A DNA stretch of 64,000 nucleotides from Escherichia coli (GCF_030013205.1 NZ_CP122648.1); one strand, 5' to 3'. Shown: positions 19,627-33,278, numbered from the stretch's first letter. Numbers and translations: made by a program. Notes: a model not told the origin generated them from the letters alone.

Positions 19627-20493
19627 ATGAAAAAGCGTCGGAAGGAACCGGAAACGCTACGTGAACACTGTCGCCATATTTTTGGTGACGAGCCGCCAGT
19701 GCTCTGTGTATGGGAAACGGAATTTGATTACGCAGATGCCGAACTCAAGGCGCTGGCGGCTAAAGAGTGGCAACAGATAGGCGAATGGGATTTGAGTGCT
19801 TACTATGTACTCAATCTCGTTTATAACGAACCGATGCAAATAGAGCTGTTTCGCTATCTGTTTCCGCTATGCCTGGCGCAATGGCATGAAACCGTTTTAG
19901 CTGGCGGTTATGGTGATCACTTCGAAGAATCCTTAATGAAGGCATTGCGTCGGCCCTATCTCTGGCAGGAGATGATGAATGCTTCCCAACGCCAGCAGGT
20001 ACGGCAATTTTTACTGGAAACCGCGTTGCAGCGTATGGATAACGAGCGTGGTTTCAATAATGTTCTTTGCTGGCTGGCGGTGTTCAATACTCTGGGCGGG
20101 GCCGCGCCGTTAATTCATTCTCTCTGGTCAAGCTGGTGGGTGCTGGATACGCCGGGAAAAGCGGTGTGTGCTATTCAGTATGCCGCGCATCTAATTTATC
20201 CCATAGAAGCCAATCCGTTATGGTCGCAAGAATGGTTAGGCTGGGGGCATCCATTAGGTCATAAAGATGGCTGGTCCTCTGAGAATCGCGCTTTTCTTCG
20301 CCAAATGTTAACACCTGAAATGATTGTGGCTGGCGTACAGGCAGCGGCTGAAATTCTGCGTGGTGAACCGGAAGGCGCAATGGCGGCGCGAATTGCGCAG
20401 GATGCGTATGAGGCAGTGGATATCATCACTATCCAGATTGAAGATTTACTGCGTGACTTGTCTTGTGATGAGTCTGGTCATGCGTTGGAGTAG
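19627..20493 (+). CDS. Hypothetical protein, 288 aa, no recognisable domain
   Basis: ATG 3 nt after the gltS stop; C-terminus overlaps the recG stop by 16 bp; E. coli-like codon usage; Trp-rich, no predicted TM segments. Confidence 0.6.
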   Translation: MKKRRKEPETLREHCRHIFGDEPPVLCVWETEFDYADAELKALAAKEWQQIGEWDLSAYYVLNLVYNEPMQIELFRYLFPLCLAQWHETVLAGGYGDHFEESLMKALRRPYLWQEMMNASQRQQVRQFLLETALQRMDNERGFNNVLCWLAVFNTLGGAAPLIHSLWSSWWVLDTPGKAVCAIQYAAHLIYPIEANPLWSQEWLGWGHPLGHKDGWSSENRAFLRQMLTPEMIVAGVQAAAEILRGEPEGAMAARIAQDAYEAVDIITIQIEDLLRDLSCDESGHALE

Positions 20494-22559
20494 CGTTCTG
20501 TTTCTGGCATCCAGCGTTCTATCAGGGCTTTTGCCTGTTGTGGGTAACGTTCGTGAATATGTCGCGCCAGGCGCTGAACTTCCGGGATCATCGCCTGGTC
20601 GCGCAGTAAATCCGCCACTTTAAACTCAGCATTACCCGTCTGACGCGTACCTAACAGTTCACCCGGTCCGCGAATCTCTAAGTCTTTCTGTGCAATCACA
20701 AAACCGTCGTTGCTGTCGCGCAGCACTTGCAGCCGAATTTGCGCGGTTTTGGAGAGCGGCGTTTTGTAGAGCAGCACGCAGTGAGAAGCCACCGCACCAC
20801 GACCTACACGCCCGCGAAGCTGGTGTAACTGCGCCAGACCCAGACGCTCAGGGTTTTCGATAATCATCAGACTGGCGTTAGGCACATCAACACCGACTTC
20901 AATAACGGTAGTGGCAACCAGCAGGTGTAGTTCACCTTGTTTAAACGACGCCATCACCGCCTGTTTCTCGGCAGGTTTCATCCGCCCGTGTACCAGGCCG
21001 ACGTTCAGTTCCGGCAACGCCAGTTTCAACTCTTCCCAGGTAGCTTCCGCCGCCTGCGCTTCCAGTAACTCTGACTCTTCAATCAACGTACAAACCCAGT
21101 ACGCCTGACAACCTCCAGTCATGCAGGCGTGGCGCACGCGGTCAATGATGTCGGTACGGCGAGTATCAGGAATAGCGACCGTAGTCACTGGCGTGCGGCC
21201 TGGCGGCAGTTCATCAATGACCGAGGTGTCGAGATCAGCATACGCAGTCATCGCCAGCGTGCGGGGGATCGGCGTGGCGGTCATGATCAACTGATGCGGA
21301 TGGAAGCCTTGCTGCTGGCCTTTCTCCCACAATGCCAGACGCTGATGCACGCCAAAGCGATGCTGTTCGTCGATAATCACCAGCGCCAGGCCGTTAAACT
21401 GCACCTGTTCCTGGAAGATGGCGTGTGTTCCGACAATCATCTGCACCTGACCGCTGGCGATGGCTTCCTGCTGTGCCAGCCGCGCTTTACCTTTCTGCTT
21501 ACCGGCGAGCCAGCCCACTTCGATACCGAGCGGTGCAAACCAGTTACGGAAGTTATTGGCGTGCTGTTCGGCGAGTAATTCGGTTGGTGCCATCAATGCC
21601 ACCTGTTTGCCGTGGGCAATCGCACGCAGCGCGGCGAGGGCAGCGACCAGCGTTTTACCGGAACCTACATCGCCCTGTACCAGGCGCATCATCGGCGCAT
21701 CCAGCGCCATATCGCGCTCGATCTCCGCCACCACGCGTGCCTGTGCGCCCGTTGGCTTGAACGGTAAGGCTGCGAGGAGTTTATTTTTCAGCGCGTCATT
21801 GGCGCTAAGCGGCTGGGCATGGAAACGTTGTGCACCAGCGCGTAACGCCAACATGCTGAGGTTGTGCGCAAGCAGTTCTTCCAGAATCAGACGGCGTTGT
21901 GCTGGATGCTGCCCGGTTTCGAGATCGCTAAGCTGTAGCGTCGGCGGCGGGCGGTGCAAAGTGCGCAACGCTTCCGGTAGCGTCATCATTCCTTGTGACA
22001 GTTCCGGCGGCAGGAGTTCTTCAATGGCGCAGGTGTCGAGCAGATCCAGCGCCTGATCGGTTAATTTACGCAGCGTGGCCTGCTTTACGCCTTCCGTAGT
22101 TGGGTAAACCGGCGTGAGCGTTTCCTGTAATTCTGGCGTGCTGAGATCGCCCTGCACGCGGTATTCCGGGTGGATCATCTCCGCACCATATTTACCGCGC
22201 TTTGCTTCGCCATAAGCCAGTACACGGCGGCCCGTCGCCAGGCTATTTTTCATTGCCGCGCTGAAATTGAAAAAGCGCATGGTGAGAATGCCGGAACCGT
22301 CGCTGATCTGGCAGGTCATCATCCGCCGACCGCCGAAGGAGATATTGCAGTTCAGCACTTCGCCTTCCACCGTGGCATAAACACCCGGCAGTAGTTCTCC
22401 GATGGGGTAGAGATGGGTGCGATCTTCGTAGCGCAGGGGAAGGTGTAAGAGTAGATCCTGCACGGTATGCAGGTTGATTTTCGCCAGTTTGTTACTAAGT
22501 GCTGCGCCAACGCCCGTTAGGGAACTGAGTGGGACAGCATCTAACAGGCGACCTTTCAT
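20478..22559 (-). CDS. recG: ATP-dependent DNA helicase RecG, 693 aa
   Basis: MKGRLLDAVPLSSLTGVGAALSNKLAKINLHTVQDLL... with Walker A GDVGSGKT and DEQH box; start at the internal Met of the track ORF. Confidence 0.95.
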   Translation of the reverse strand: MKGRLLDAVPLSSLTGVGAALSNKLAKINLHTVQDLLLHLPLRYEDRTHLYPIGELLPGVYATVEGEVLNCNISFGGRRMMTCQISDGSGILTMRFFNFSAAMKNSLATGRRVLAYGEAKRGKYGAEMIHPEYRVQGDLSTPELQETLTPVYPTTEGVKQATLRKLTDQALDLLDTCAIEELLPPELSQGMMTLPEALRTLHRPPPTLQLSDLETGQHPAQRRLILEELLAHNLSMLALRAGAQRFHAQPLSANDALKNKLLAALPFKPTGAQARVVAEIERDMALDAPMMRLVQGDVGSGKTLVAALAALRAIAHGKQVALMAPTELLAEQHANNFRNWFAPLGIEVGWLAGKQKGKARLAQQEAIASGQVQMIVGTHAIFQEQVQFNGLALVIIDEQHRFGVHQRLALWEKGQQQGFHPHQLIMTATPIPRTLAMTAYADLDTSVIDELPPGRTPVTTVAIPDTRRTDIIDRVRHACMTGGCQAYWVCTLIEESELLEAQAAEATWEELKLALPELNVGLVHGRMKPAEKQAVMASFKQGELHLLVATTVIEVGVDVPNASLMIIENPERLGLAQLHQLRGRVGRGAVASHCVLLYKTPLSKTAQIRLQVLRDSNDGFVIAQKDLEIRGPGELLGTRQTGNAEFKVADLLRDQAMIPEVQRLARHIHERYPQQAKALIERWMPETERYSNA

Positions 22560-22564
22560 GGCAC

Positions 22565-23254
22565 TTACCCTGCAGCCTGCATAGTAGCCCACCAGTCGGC
22601 ATCAGCTTCGATCTCGCCTTGCTGATTGACGTGGGGATAAGGCAGGCCTTTGCGTTTTGCGACTTTCGCCAGCACCGGATAGCCGCCTTCAAACAACAGG
22701 CGTTGTTGCTCTGCTTCCGGCAACATGCTGTTTTCACGCAGGTACATGCCTGCATTTTGCCGCTGACGCTGGGCTTCGTAAAGAATGAGGGCTGAGGCAA
22801 CGGAAACATTCAGCGACTGCACCATGCCGATCATCGGAATGATGATGTCCTGATCCGCCAGGGCCAATGCTTCCTGCGTGATGCCCGTTTTCTCCTGTCC
22901 CATCAAAATGCAGGTCGGGCGAGTGTAATCAATTTCGCGGAAATCGACAGCGTTATCAGAAAGATGGGTTGCCAGAATCTGCATGCCCTGGCCTTTCAGA
23001 TGAGCGACGGCATCGCCAATGGTGCGGTGCGTTTTCACCTGTACCCAGCTGTTACTACCCGCAGCTGCCGAAGCCATGGTGCGCATCCGGCTACCAGGCC
23101 AGACAGCATGAACTTCATGTACACCAACAGCATCTGCGGTACGAATAATCGCAGAAACGTTATGAGGTTTGTGGACCTGCTCCATGCAGACGGTCAGATC
23201 AGGCTGCCGCCTGGCGAGCATTTCGCAGATACGTGCATAACGTGTTGGGTTCAT
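22565..23254 (-). CDS. trmH: tRNA (guanosine18-2'-O)-methyltransferase TrmH (SpoU), 229 aa
   Basis: MNPTRYARICEMLARRQPDLTVCMEQVHKPHNVSAIIRTADAVGV... Confidence 0.92.
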   Translation of the reverse strand: MNPTRYARICEMLARRQPDLTVCMEQVHKPHNVSAIIRTADAVGVHEVHAVWPGSRMRTMASAAAGSNSWVQVKTHRTIGDAVAHLKGQGMQILATHLSDNAVDFREIDYTRPTCILMGQEKTGITQEALALADQDIIIPMIGMVQSLNVSVASALILYEAQRQRQNAGMYLRENSMLPEAEQQRLLFEGGYPVLAKVAKRKGLPYPHVNQQGEIEADADWWATMQAAG

Positions 23255-23260
23255 AAAACA

Positions 23261-25369
23261 TTAATTTCGGTTTCGGGTGACTTTAATCACGTCTGGCATC
23301 ACGCGGATTTTGCGCATGATATTCGCCAGATGCACACGGTCACGGGCGGTCAGACGAATAAAGGCGCTGTAGACGCGACCATCTTTCTCTTCCGTATTCA
23401 AACTTTGAATATTCGAGGTGGTGGTGTTAATTGCCGCTGTCAGGTTTGCCAGCGCGCCCTGATGATTGAACATCTCCACCTTGATTTCGGTGATGAACTC
23501 CTGCGCCGTCTCTTTATCCCATTCCACAGCCATAAACTTCTCTGGCTCTTTCTGGTAGCCACGGATGTTACGGCAGGATTCATGGTGGATCACCAGACCT
23601 TTACCGGGGCTGACGTGGGCGATAATCGGGTCGCCAGGAATAGGGCGGCAGCATTTCGCAAAGGTGATCAGCACGCCATCGGCACCTTTAATGGGCAGAT
23701 GTCCGTGACTTTGGGTTGCCGGTGGAATGGAGGCGTCCCCATGTTGCAGATTTTTCGCGACCACCACGCTCATTGCGTTACCAAGGCCGATTTCAGCCAG
23801 CAGATCGTCAAGCGTTGCCAGCTTCATGCGGTCCAGCTCGCGCTGAATATTTTCCTGCGGGATTTCATTCAGCTTACGGCTACCACCCAACGCATGGTTG
23901 AGCAGACGACGGCCCAGGCTTACAGAATCATCACGCTTGAGGTTTTTCAGCAACTGACGAATTTTGGCGCGCGCTTTCGAGCTAACGACAAAGTTCAGCC
24001 ACGCGGCATTCGGGCGAGCGCCCGGTGCGGTAATGATTTCAACGGTTTGACCGCTAGTAAGCGGCTGCGACAGCGGGTAAGGCTGGCGGTCAACGCGTGC
24101 GCCCACGCAGGCATGACCGATATCGGTATGCACTGCATAAGCGAAGTCGACGGGCGTTGCACCGGCAGGCAGCTCGACAATTCGCCCTTCCGGTGTGAAA
24201 ACGTAAATCTCATCCGGGAAGAGATCGGATTTAACGCTCTCGATAAATTCAAACGAGCTACCGGCGCTCTGTTGCAGCTCCAGCAGGCTTTGCATCCAGC
24301 GCTGGGCGCGGATTTGTGCGGTAGTACTGGTTTCGCCGTGCTCTTTATAAGCCCAGTGCGCGGCAACACCCATCTCCGCCATCTGATCCATATCTTCGGT
24401 ACGGATCTGGACCTCAACCGGCACGCCGTGCGGGCCAATCATCGAGGTGTGCAAAGACTGATAGCCGTTCGCTTTTGGAATGGCGATATAGTCTTTCACG
24501 CGGCCCGGACGCGGCTTGTACAGGCTATGCATTTGCCCGAGCACGCGATAACAGGTGTCGGAATCATTGACGATCACGCGGAAAGCGTAGATGTCCATGA
24601 TTGAGTGAAAACGCTGCTCTTTGAGCACCATTTTGCAGTAAATCGAATAAAGATGCTTTTCGCGACCACTGACGCGGCACGGTATTCCCGCTTCCTGCAA
24701 ACGCCCTTCGATTTCAGAAAGAATCTTCTGGATCATCTCTTTACGGTTGCCGCGCGCGGCTTTCACCACTTCTTTGATTACGCGATAACGGTTGGGATAC
24801 AGCGCCTCAAAACCCAGCTCTTCGAGTTCGGTTTTAATGTGGTGGATACCTAAACGGTGCGCCAGCGGGCTGTAAATTTCGAGTGTTTCACGGGCGATGC
24901 GGCGACGTTTGTCCGGGCGAAGTGAGCCCAGCGTGCGCATGTTGTGGGTACGGTCGGCAAGTTTGATGAGAATGACGCGGATATCCTGCACCATCGCCAT
25001 AATCATCTTGCGAAAGTTTTCGGCCTGCGCCTCTTTCTTATCGCGGAACTTGAGTTTATCAAGTTTCGACACCCCCTCTACCAGCTCGGCGACGCTTTTA
25101 CCAAAAAGCTGTTCCATGTCCTGGTAGGTGGCGGGAGTATCTTCAATCACGTCATGCAGCAGCGCCGCCATAAGCGTTTCATAGTCGAGTTTCATCTCGG
25201 CCAGAATGCAGGCAACCGCCACCGGGTGCGTGATATAGGGTTCACCGCTTGAACGTGTTTGCCCCTCGTGAGCATCACGTGCAACGAGATACGCCTGCCG
25301 CAGACGCTTGATTTGGTCTTCCGGCAGGTAGGTTTGAATCAGTTGATTCAGGCTTTCAAACAGATACAA
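23261..25369 (-). CDS. spoT: Bifunctional (p)ppGpp synthetase/hydrolase SpoT, 702 aa
   Basis: MYLFESLNQLIQTYLPEDQIKRLRQAYLVARDAHEGQTRSSGEPYITHPV... HD and synthetase domains. Confidence 0.95.
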   Translation of the reverse strand: MYLFESLNQLIQTYLPEDQIKRLRQAYLVARDAHEGQTRSSGEPYITHPVAVACILAEMKLDYETLMAALLHDVIEDTPATYQDMEQLFGKSVAELVEGVSKLDKLKFRDKKEAQAENFRKMIMAMVQDIRVILIKLADRTHNMRTLGSLRPDKRRRIARETLEIYSPLAHRLGIHHIKTELEELGFEALYPNRYRVIKEVVKAARGNRKEMIQKILSEIEGRLQEAGIPCRVSGREKHLYSIYCKMVLKEQRFHSIMDIYAFRVIVNDSDTCYRVLGQMHSLYKPRPGRVKDYIAIPKANGYQSLHTSMIGPHGVPVEVQIRTEDMDQMAEMGVAAHWAYKEHGETSTTAQIRAQRWMQSLLELQQSAGSSFEFIESVKSDLFPDEIYVFTPEGRIVELPAGATPVDFAYAVHTDIGHACVGARVDRQPYPLSQPLTSGQTVEIITAPGARPNAAWLNFVVSSKARAKIRQLLKNLKRDDSVSLGRRLLNHALGGSRKLNEIPQENIQRELDRMKLATLDDLLAEIGLGNAMSVVVAKNLQHGDASIPPATQSHGHLPIKGADGVLITFAKCCRPIPGDPIIAHVSPGKGLVIHHESCRNIRGYQKEPEKFMAVEWDKETAQEFITEIKVEMFNHQGALANLTAAINTTTSNIQSLNTEEKDGRVYSAFIRLTARDRVHLANIMRKIRVMPDVIKVTRNRN

Positions 25370-25387
25370 GGGCGACCCGCTTTGTGA

Positions 25388-25663
25388 TTAACGACGACCT
25401 TCAGCAATAGCGGTAACGGCTTGTAATTCAGCGGCTTCCTGCTCTTGCTGTTCCTGGCGTTCGCGAACGTCGAGGATCTGGTTGTTGATCAGACCTTCTT
25501 CGATTTCGCGCAGCGCGATTACAGTGGTTTTATCGTTTTCTTCCGGTACCAGCGGATCCTTTCCGCCTACCTGCATCTGACGAGCGCGACGCGCGGCGAC
25601 CAGTACCAGGTCAAAACGGTTACCAATTTTCTCTACAGCGTCCTGAACAGTTACGCGTGCCAT
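25388..25663 (-). CDS. rpoZ: RNA polymerase omega subunit, 91 aa
   Basis: [43 protein letters not shown]... Confidence 0.95.
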
Positions 25664-25717
25664 ACTTAAAAAGCTCCACAGGTGAAGAAATGACTGGGCA
25701 TGATACTGAAATCAGGT

Positions 25718-26464
<747 letters not shown>

Positions 26465-26465
26465 A

Positions 26466-26505
<40 letters not shown>

Positions 26506-26506
26506 C

Positions 26507-28895
<2,389 letters not shown>

Positions 28896-29185
28896 GGTTA
28901 TCTCCCTAAAAATCTGTCTGGCAGGGTAGCGATTTGTACGCATTGTCACGATTGAGATTTTTTAAGGTGAGAGGAAATTGATAATTTTTAGTTATGTGAA
29001 ATCGTTGTTTTCTGTAGCGTAGATGCATTCTTCTGACTTCTTGTCTGAGAAAATACATAAGAAAAAGTAGGTTAAAACTGAGGGGTGGAAAAGAAAGGTG
29101 CAATGTTAGCCATTGTGTTCACTGCACCTGGACCTTGGCTTACGCATCGGGTGTCTCAATCAACAAAAAGAGTTTTTAGTTTCTG

Positions 29186-30010
29186 CTATTTTTTCTCTGT
29201 AATTTTTACACTGTTTTCCAACTGCTTGATGCTGACCTGCGGGGTCGGCAACTCCTCAGGCATGGTTCCGCCAAGTTCCTGAATGGTTTGCCTCACCTTG
29301 CTACCCACGTCAAAGTGTGTGGTATTAGCTTGCTGTTTTGAATTCACGCCATCCCGCTTGAGTTTTTCTTCTGTTTGGGTAGCTCGAAAGAGATTAGCCG
29401 CCAGTTCTGTTGAACCCATATGATCCAGGATCTTCTGACTCTTTTTCAGCCCCTTCCGCTGATGGATGGCTTTCTGATCTAATCCACCATACAGTCCCCG
29501 GTAACCATGATTCTGAAATATGGCGAAATCGATAGCTGTCGCTACCCCAGCTTGCTGCGCTGCCTCAACTAATTGTTTGTTATGTTCTTTCAACTCATTT
29601 CTCAGAAAAAGACGCTTTTCGTCTTCACGAAGTTGCCTGAAAGCTTCATCGTCAGCCAGCTCCTGCCGTCGGGTCTGGATAGCAAAATAAGTTTGTCCTG
29701 CCGCAATAACCGGTTTCGCAGGGTCGCCGTTTTGTACTACCAGGTAACAGGCATAGCGGGAGAGTACGATGTCTTTTAATGCTCTTTTGGCATTTGAGCC
29801 AATTTTGACCATATCGAGGATCTCCTCGAAATGGTCATCAATTGTGTGACCACTATTCAGACAAGCTTCTTTGGCGCGCGTTAATACAGGTATAAAGTGA
29901 CGATACTCTGAATAACCCAGTAGTTTTCCAAGTTGTCTTGCTGACCATTGTTCTGCTCCGTTTGCATTAATCAGCTTTATCTCTTCAAAAGGTTGATGAT
30001 GTTCGTTCAT
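29186..30010 (-). CDS. dinD: DNA-damage-inducible protein D, 274 aa
   Basis: MNEHHQPFEEIKLINANGAEQWSARQLGKLLGYSEYRHF...; LexA box lies upstream. Confidence 0.9.
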   Translation of the reverse strand: MNEHHQPFEEIKLINANGAEQWSARQLGKLLGYSEYRHFIPVLTRAKEACLNSGHTIDDHFEEILDMVKIGSNAKRALKDIVLSRYACYLVVQNGDPAKPVIAAGQTYFAIQTRRQELADDEAFRQLREDEKRLFLRNELKEHNKQLVEAAQQAGVATAIDFAIFQNHGYRGLYGGLDQKAIHQRKGLKKSQKILDHMGSTELAANLFRATQTEEKLKRDGVNSKQQANTTHFDVGSKVRQTIQELGGTMPEELPTPQVSIKQLENSVKITEKK

Positions 30011-30053
30011 TGCCCACTCCATGTGATATCGATTGCAAGGAAAGTAAGTCTAC

Positions 30054-30073
30054 AACTGTGTTTATATACAGTT
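30054..30073 (-). promoter_or_regulatory. LexA (SOS) box upstream of dinD
   Basis: AACTGTGTTTATATACAGTT matches the CTGT-N8-ACAG consensus, ~45 bp upstream of the dinD start. Confidence 0.85.
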
Positions 30074-30231
30074 GTAAGTATCTCACGTTCTCACTGCGCT
30101 GGGCAAAAAAACATCGCAAAATCTGGAGCAGGCACGCAAAACAGAATTGAATGTTGCGGGGAGGAAAAATGCCGCTCTGTTTGAGTGGGCGGCATTTGTG
30201 AAGGCTGAAAAGGAAGAATTGGCGTTACGAG

Positions 30232-31095
30232 TTATTCAATGTTCTGGATCTGCTCGCGCATCTGCTCAATCAACACTTTCAGCTCGATGGCAGAATTCGT
30301 CACTTCGGCATTGATAGATTTCGACGCAAGAGTGTTCGACTCGCGGTTGAACTCCTGCATCATAAAGTCCAGACGACGACCAACCGCTTCTTTTTTCTTC
30401 AGAATGTTGTAGGTCTCTTTGACATGCGCTTCGAGGCGGTCCAGTTCTTCGGCAACGTCAATTCGTTGTGCCAGCAGAACCAACTCCTGCTCCAGACGGT
30501 TGTTTTCCAGTTGCACCTGAGCATCTTCCAGCTTCGCGACCAGACGCTCACGTTGCCATTGCAGGATTTCCGGCATATGGGCGCGGACTTTGACCACTTC
30601 GGCGGTGACGCCTTCCAGACGCTGCTCGATCAATGCTTTCAGCGCCTGACCTTCGGTTTCGCGTGCGACGATAAAGTCGTCCAGCGTACCATCCAGCGCC
30701 GCGAGAATTTCAGCGGCAATCGCGTCGAGATCCTGCTCCTGGGCTGCCATTACGCCCGGCCAGCGCAGAATATCAACCGGATTTATTTCCCCTTCGTCGC
30801 TCTGCATTTTTACCCAGTTCGCGGCGGTTACCAGCTGTTTAGCCAGTTTTTCGTTGAGGATCAGCTCACCTTGTGCGCTAACATCTGGTTCATAGCGCAG
30901 GGTACATTCCACTTTACCGCGCGTCAGGCGAGAACGAATACGCTCGCGAACGACAGGTTCAAGGCTACGGAACTGCTCCGGCAGACGAAAGTAAGTTTCC
31001 AGATAACGCTGGTTTACCGAGCGCATTTCCCAGGTTGCGCTCCCCCATTCACCCTTGATTTCACGCCGGGCGTAGGCGGTCATACTGCGGATCAT
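30232..31095 (-). CDS. yicC: YicC-family protein (UPF0701), 287 aa
   Basis: MIRSMTAYARREIKGEWGSATWEMRSVNQRYLETYFRLPEQFRSLEP... Confidence 0.9.
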   Translation of the reverse strand: MIRSMTAYARREIKGEWGSATWEMRSVNQRYLETYFRLPEQFRSLEPVVRERIRSRLTRGKVECTLRYEPDVSAQGELILNEKLAKQLVTAANWVKMQSDEGEINPVDILRWPGVMAAQEQDLDAIAAEILAALDGTLDDFIVARETEGQALKALIEQRLEGVTAEVVKVRAHMPEILQWQRERLVAKLEDAQVQLENNRLEQELVLLAQRIDVAEELDRLEAHVKETYNILKKKEAVGRRLDFMMQEFNRESNTLASKSINAEVTNSAIELKVLIEQMREQIQNIE

Positions 31096-31221
31096 AGACG
31101 TTCCTGTTTATAAAAGGAGAGGTGGAAGGATTATAGCCATCGATGCCTTGTCAGGATAGGAATAACCGCCGGAAGTCCGTATAATGCGCAGCCACATTTG
31201 TTTCAAGCCGGAGATTTCAAT

Positions 31222-31938
31222 ATGCGTCCAGCAGGCCGTAGCAATAATCAGGTGCGTCCCGTTACCCTGACTCGTAACTATACAAAACATGCAGAAGGCT
31301 CGGTGCTGGTCGAATTTGGCGATACCAAAGTATTGTGTACCGCCTCTATTGAAGAAGGCGTGCCGCGCTTCCTGAAAGGTCAGGGCCAGGGCTGGATCAC
31401 CGCAGAGTACGGCATGCTGCCACGTTCTACCCACACCCGTAACGCGCGTGAAGCGGCGAAAGGTAAGCAGGGTGGACGCACCATGGAAATCCAGCGTCTG
31501 ATCGCCCGTGCTCTTCGTGCGGCAGTAGATTTGAAAGCGCTGGGTGAGTTCACTATTACGCTGGACTGCGACGTGCTTCAGGCTGATGGTGGCACGCGTA
31601 CCGCTTCGATTACGGGTGCCTGCGTGGCGCTGGCAGATGCGCTACAGAAGCTGGTGGAAAACGGCAAGCTGAAAACCAACCCGATGAAAGGGATGGTAGC
31701 CGCAGTTTCTGTCGGGATTGTGAACGGCGAAGCGGTTTGCGATCTGGAATACGTTGAAGACTCTGCCGCTGAAACGGACATGAACGTGGTGATGACTGAA
31801 GACGGGCGCATCATTGAAGTGCAGGGGACGGCAGAAGGCGAGCCGTTCACCCATGAAGAGCTTCTCACCTTGTTGGCGCTGGCCCGAGGGGGAATCGAAT
31901 CCATTGTAGCGACGCAGAAGGCGGCGCTGGCAAACTGA
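31222..31938 (+). CDS. rph: Ribonuclease PH, intact 238 aa
   Basis: [46 protein letters not shown]... through ...[15 protein letters not shown]; full length, unlike the truncated MG1655 rph-1 allele. Confidence 0.93.
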   Translation: MRPAGRSNNQVRPVTLTRNYTKHAEGSVLVEFGDTKVLCTASIEEGVPRFLKGQGQGWITAEYGMLPRSTHTRNAREAAKGKQGGRTMEIQRLIARALRAAVDLKALGEFTITLDCDVLQADGGTRTASITGACVALADALQKLVENGKLKTNPMKGMVAAVSVGIVNGEAVCDLEYVEDSAAETDMNVVMTEDGRIIEVQGTAEGEPFTHEELLTLLALARGGIESIVATQKAALAN

Positions 31939-31945
31939 TTTTTAA

Positions 31946-31971
31946 GGCGACTGATGAGTCGCCTTTTTTTT
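31946..31971 (+). terminator. pyrE attenuator (intrinsic terminator hairpin plus T-run) in the rph-pyrE spacer
   Basis: GGCGACT-GATG-AGTCGCC followed by TTTTTTTTT, ~35 bp upstream of the pyrE ATG. Confidence 0.85.
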
Positions 31972-32003
31972 GTCTGTAGAAAAGTAAGATGAGGAGCGAA
32001 GGC

Positions 32004-32645
32004 ATGAAACCATATCAGCGCCAGTTTATTGAATTTGCGCTTAGCAAGCAGGTGTTAAAGTTTGGCGAGTTTACGCTGAAATCCGGGCGCAAAAGCCCCT
32101 ATTTCTTCAACGCCGGGCTGTTTAATACCGGGCGCGATCTGGCACTGTTAGGCCGTTTTTACGCTGAAGCATTGGTGGATTCCAGCATTGAGTTCGATCT
32201 GCTGTTTGGCCCTGCTTACAAAGGGATCCCGATTGCCACCACAACTGCCGTGGCGCTGGCGGAGCATCATGACCTGGACCTGCCGTACTGCTTTAACCGC
32301 AAAGAAGCAAAAGACCACGGTGAAGGCGGCAATCTGGTCGGTAGCGCGTTACAAGGACGCGTAATGCTGGTGGATGATGTGATCACCGCCGGAACGGCGA
32401 TTCGCGAGTCGATGGAAATTATTCAGGCCAATGGCGCGACGCTTGCTGGCGTATTGATTTCGCTCGATCGTCAGGAACGGGGGCGCGGCGAGATTTCGGC
32501 AATTCAGGAAGTTGAGCGTGATTACAACTGCAAAGTGATCTCTATCATCACCCTGAAAGACCTGATTGCTTACCTGGAAGAGAAGCCGGAAATGGCGGAA
32601 CATCTGGCGGCGGTTAAGGCCTATCGCGAAGAGTTCGGCGTTTAA
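32004..32645 (+). CDS. pyrE: Orotate phosphoribosyltransferase, 213 aa
   Basis: [43 protein letters not shown]... Confidence 0.95.
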   Translation: MKPYQRQFIEFALSKQVLKFGEFTLKSGRKSPYFFNAGLFNTGRDLALLGRFYAEALVDSSIEFDLLFGPAYKGIPIATTTAVALAEHHDLDLPYCFNRKEAKDHGEGGNLVGSALQGRVMLVDDVITAGTAIRESMEIIQANGATLAGVLISLDRQERGRGEISAIQEVERDYNCKVISIITLKDLIAYLEEKPEMAEHLAAVKAYREEFGV

Positions 32646-32652
32646 AGAAACT

Positions 32653-32676
32653 CGCCGGATGAAAAGTCATCCGGCG
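32653..32676. terminator. Hairpin (CGCCGGATGA-AAAG-TCATCCGGCG) between convergent pyrE and slmA
   Basis: 10-bp inverted repeat between the two stop codons. Confidence 0.6.
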
Positions 32677-32681
32677 TCATA

Positions 32682-33278
32682 TTACTGCAACTGTGCGGCA
32701 ATTAGCGGCCAGCGGGCGTCAAAATCATCCGTCGGGCGGTATTTAAACTCGCTGCGGACAAAGCGTGACAGCATACCTTCACAGAAGGCCAGGATCTGGC
32801 TTGCCAGCAGGGTTTCATCGGTGGTGTAACCTTCACCCTCACGCATTCTCTTTTCGCGCAATACCTGACGCAACTGCGCTTCAATACGCTCGAACAGCTG
32901 GTTGATGCGCCCTTGCAGGCGATCCTGTTCAAACATTAGTGCATGACCAGTGAGGATGCGGGTCAGGCCAGGATTACGCTCACCAAAACCGAGAAGCAGC
33001 AACACAATCAGACGCAGGCGCGCTGTGGTGTCCTTCTCATCTTTCAGAATCAGATTGATGCGAGTAATCAGGCTATCTTCGATAAACTCAATCAGGCTAT
33101 CGAACATGCGGGTCTTACTGGGGAAGTGGCGATACAGTGCCGCTTCGGAAACGCCGACAGAGGCGGCCAGTTTTGCCGTCGTGATACGTTGGCTTCCATC
33201 GCTGGATTCCAGCATCAGCGCCAGAGACTGAAGTATTTCCTCGCGACGGTTCCTTTTCGCAGTTTGTTTTTCTGCCAT
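32682..33278 (-). CDS. slmA: Nucleoid occlusion factor SlmA (TetR family), 198 aa
   Basis: [52 protein letters not shown]...; start at the internal Met. Confidence 0.92.

Noticed and set aside
22964-24604. 546-aa ORF on the plus strand, antisense to spoT and the 3' part of trmH
   Set aside because: Fully contained in well-established genes on the opposite strand and spans a gene boundary. Long antisense frames are a common by-product of codon bias in GC-rich coding sequence, and there is no independent signal such as a Shine-Dalgarno or promoter.
29085-29282. 65-aa ORF in the yicG-dinD intergenic region
   Set aside because: Overlaps the 3' end of dinD on the opposite strand; no ribosome-binding site and no recognisable features.
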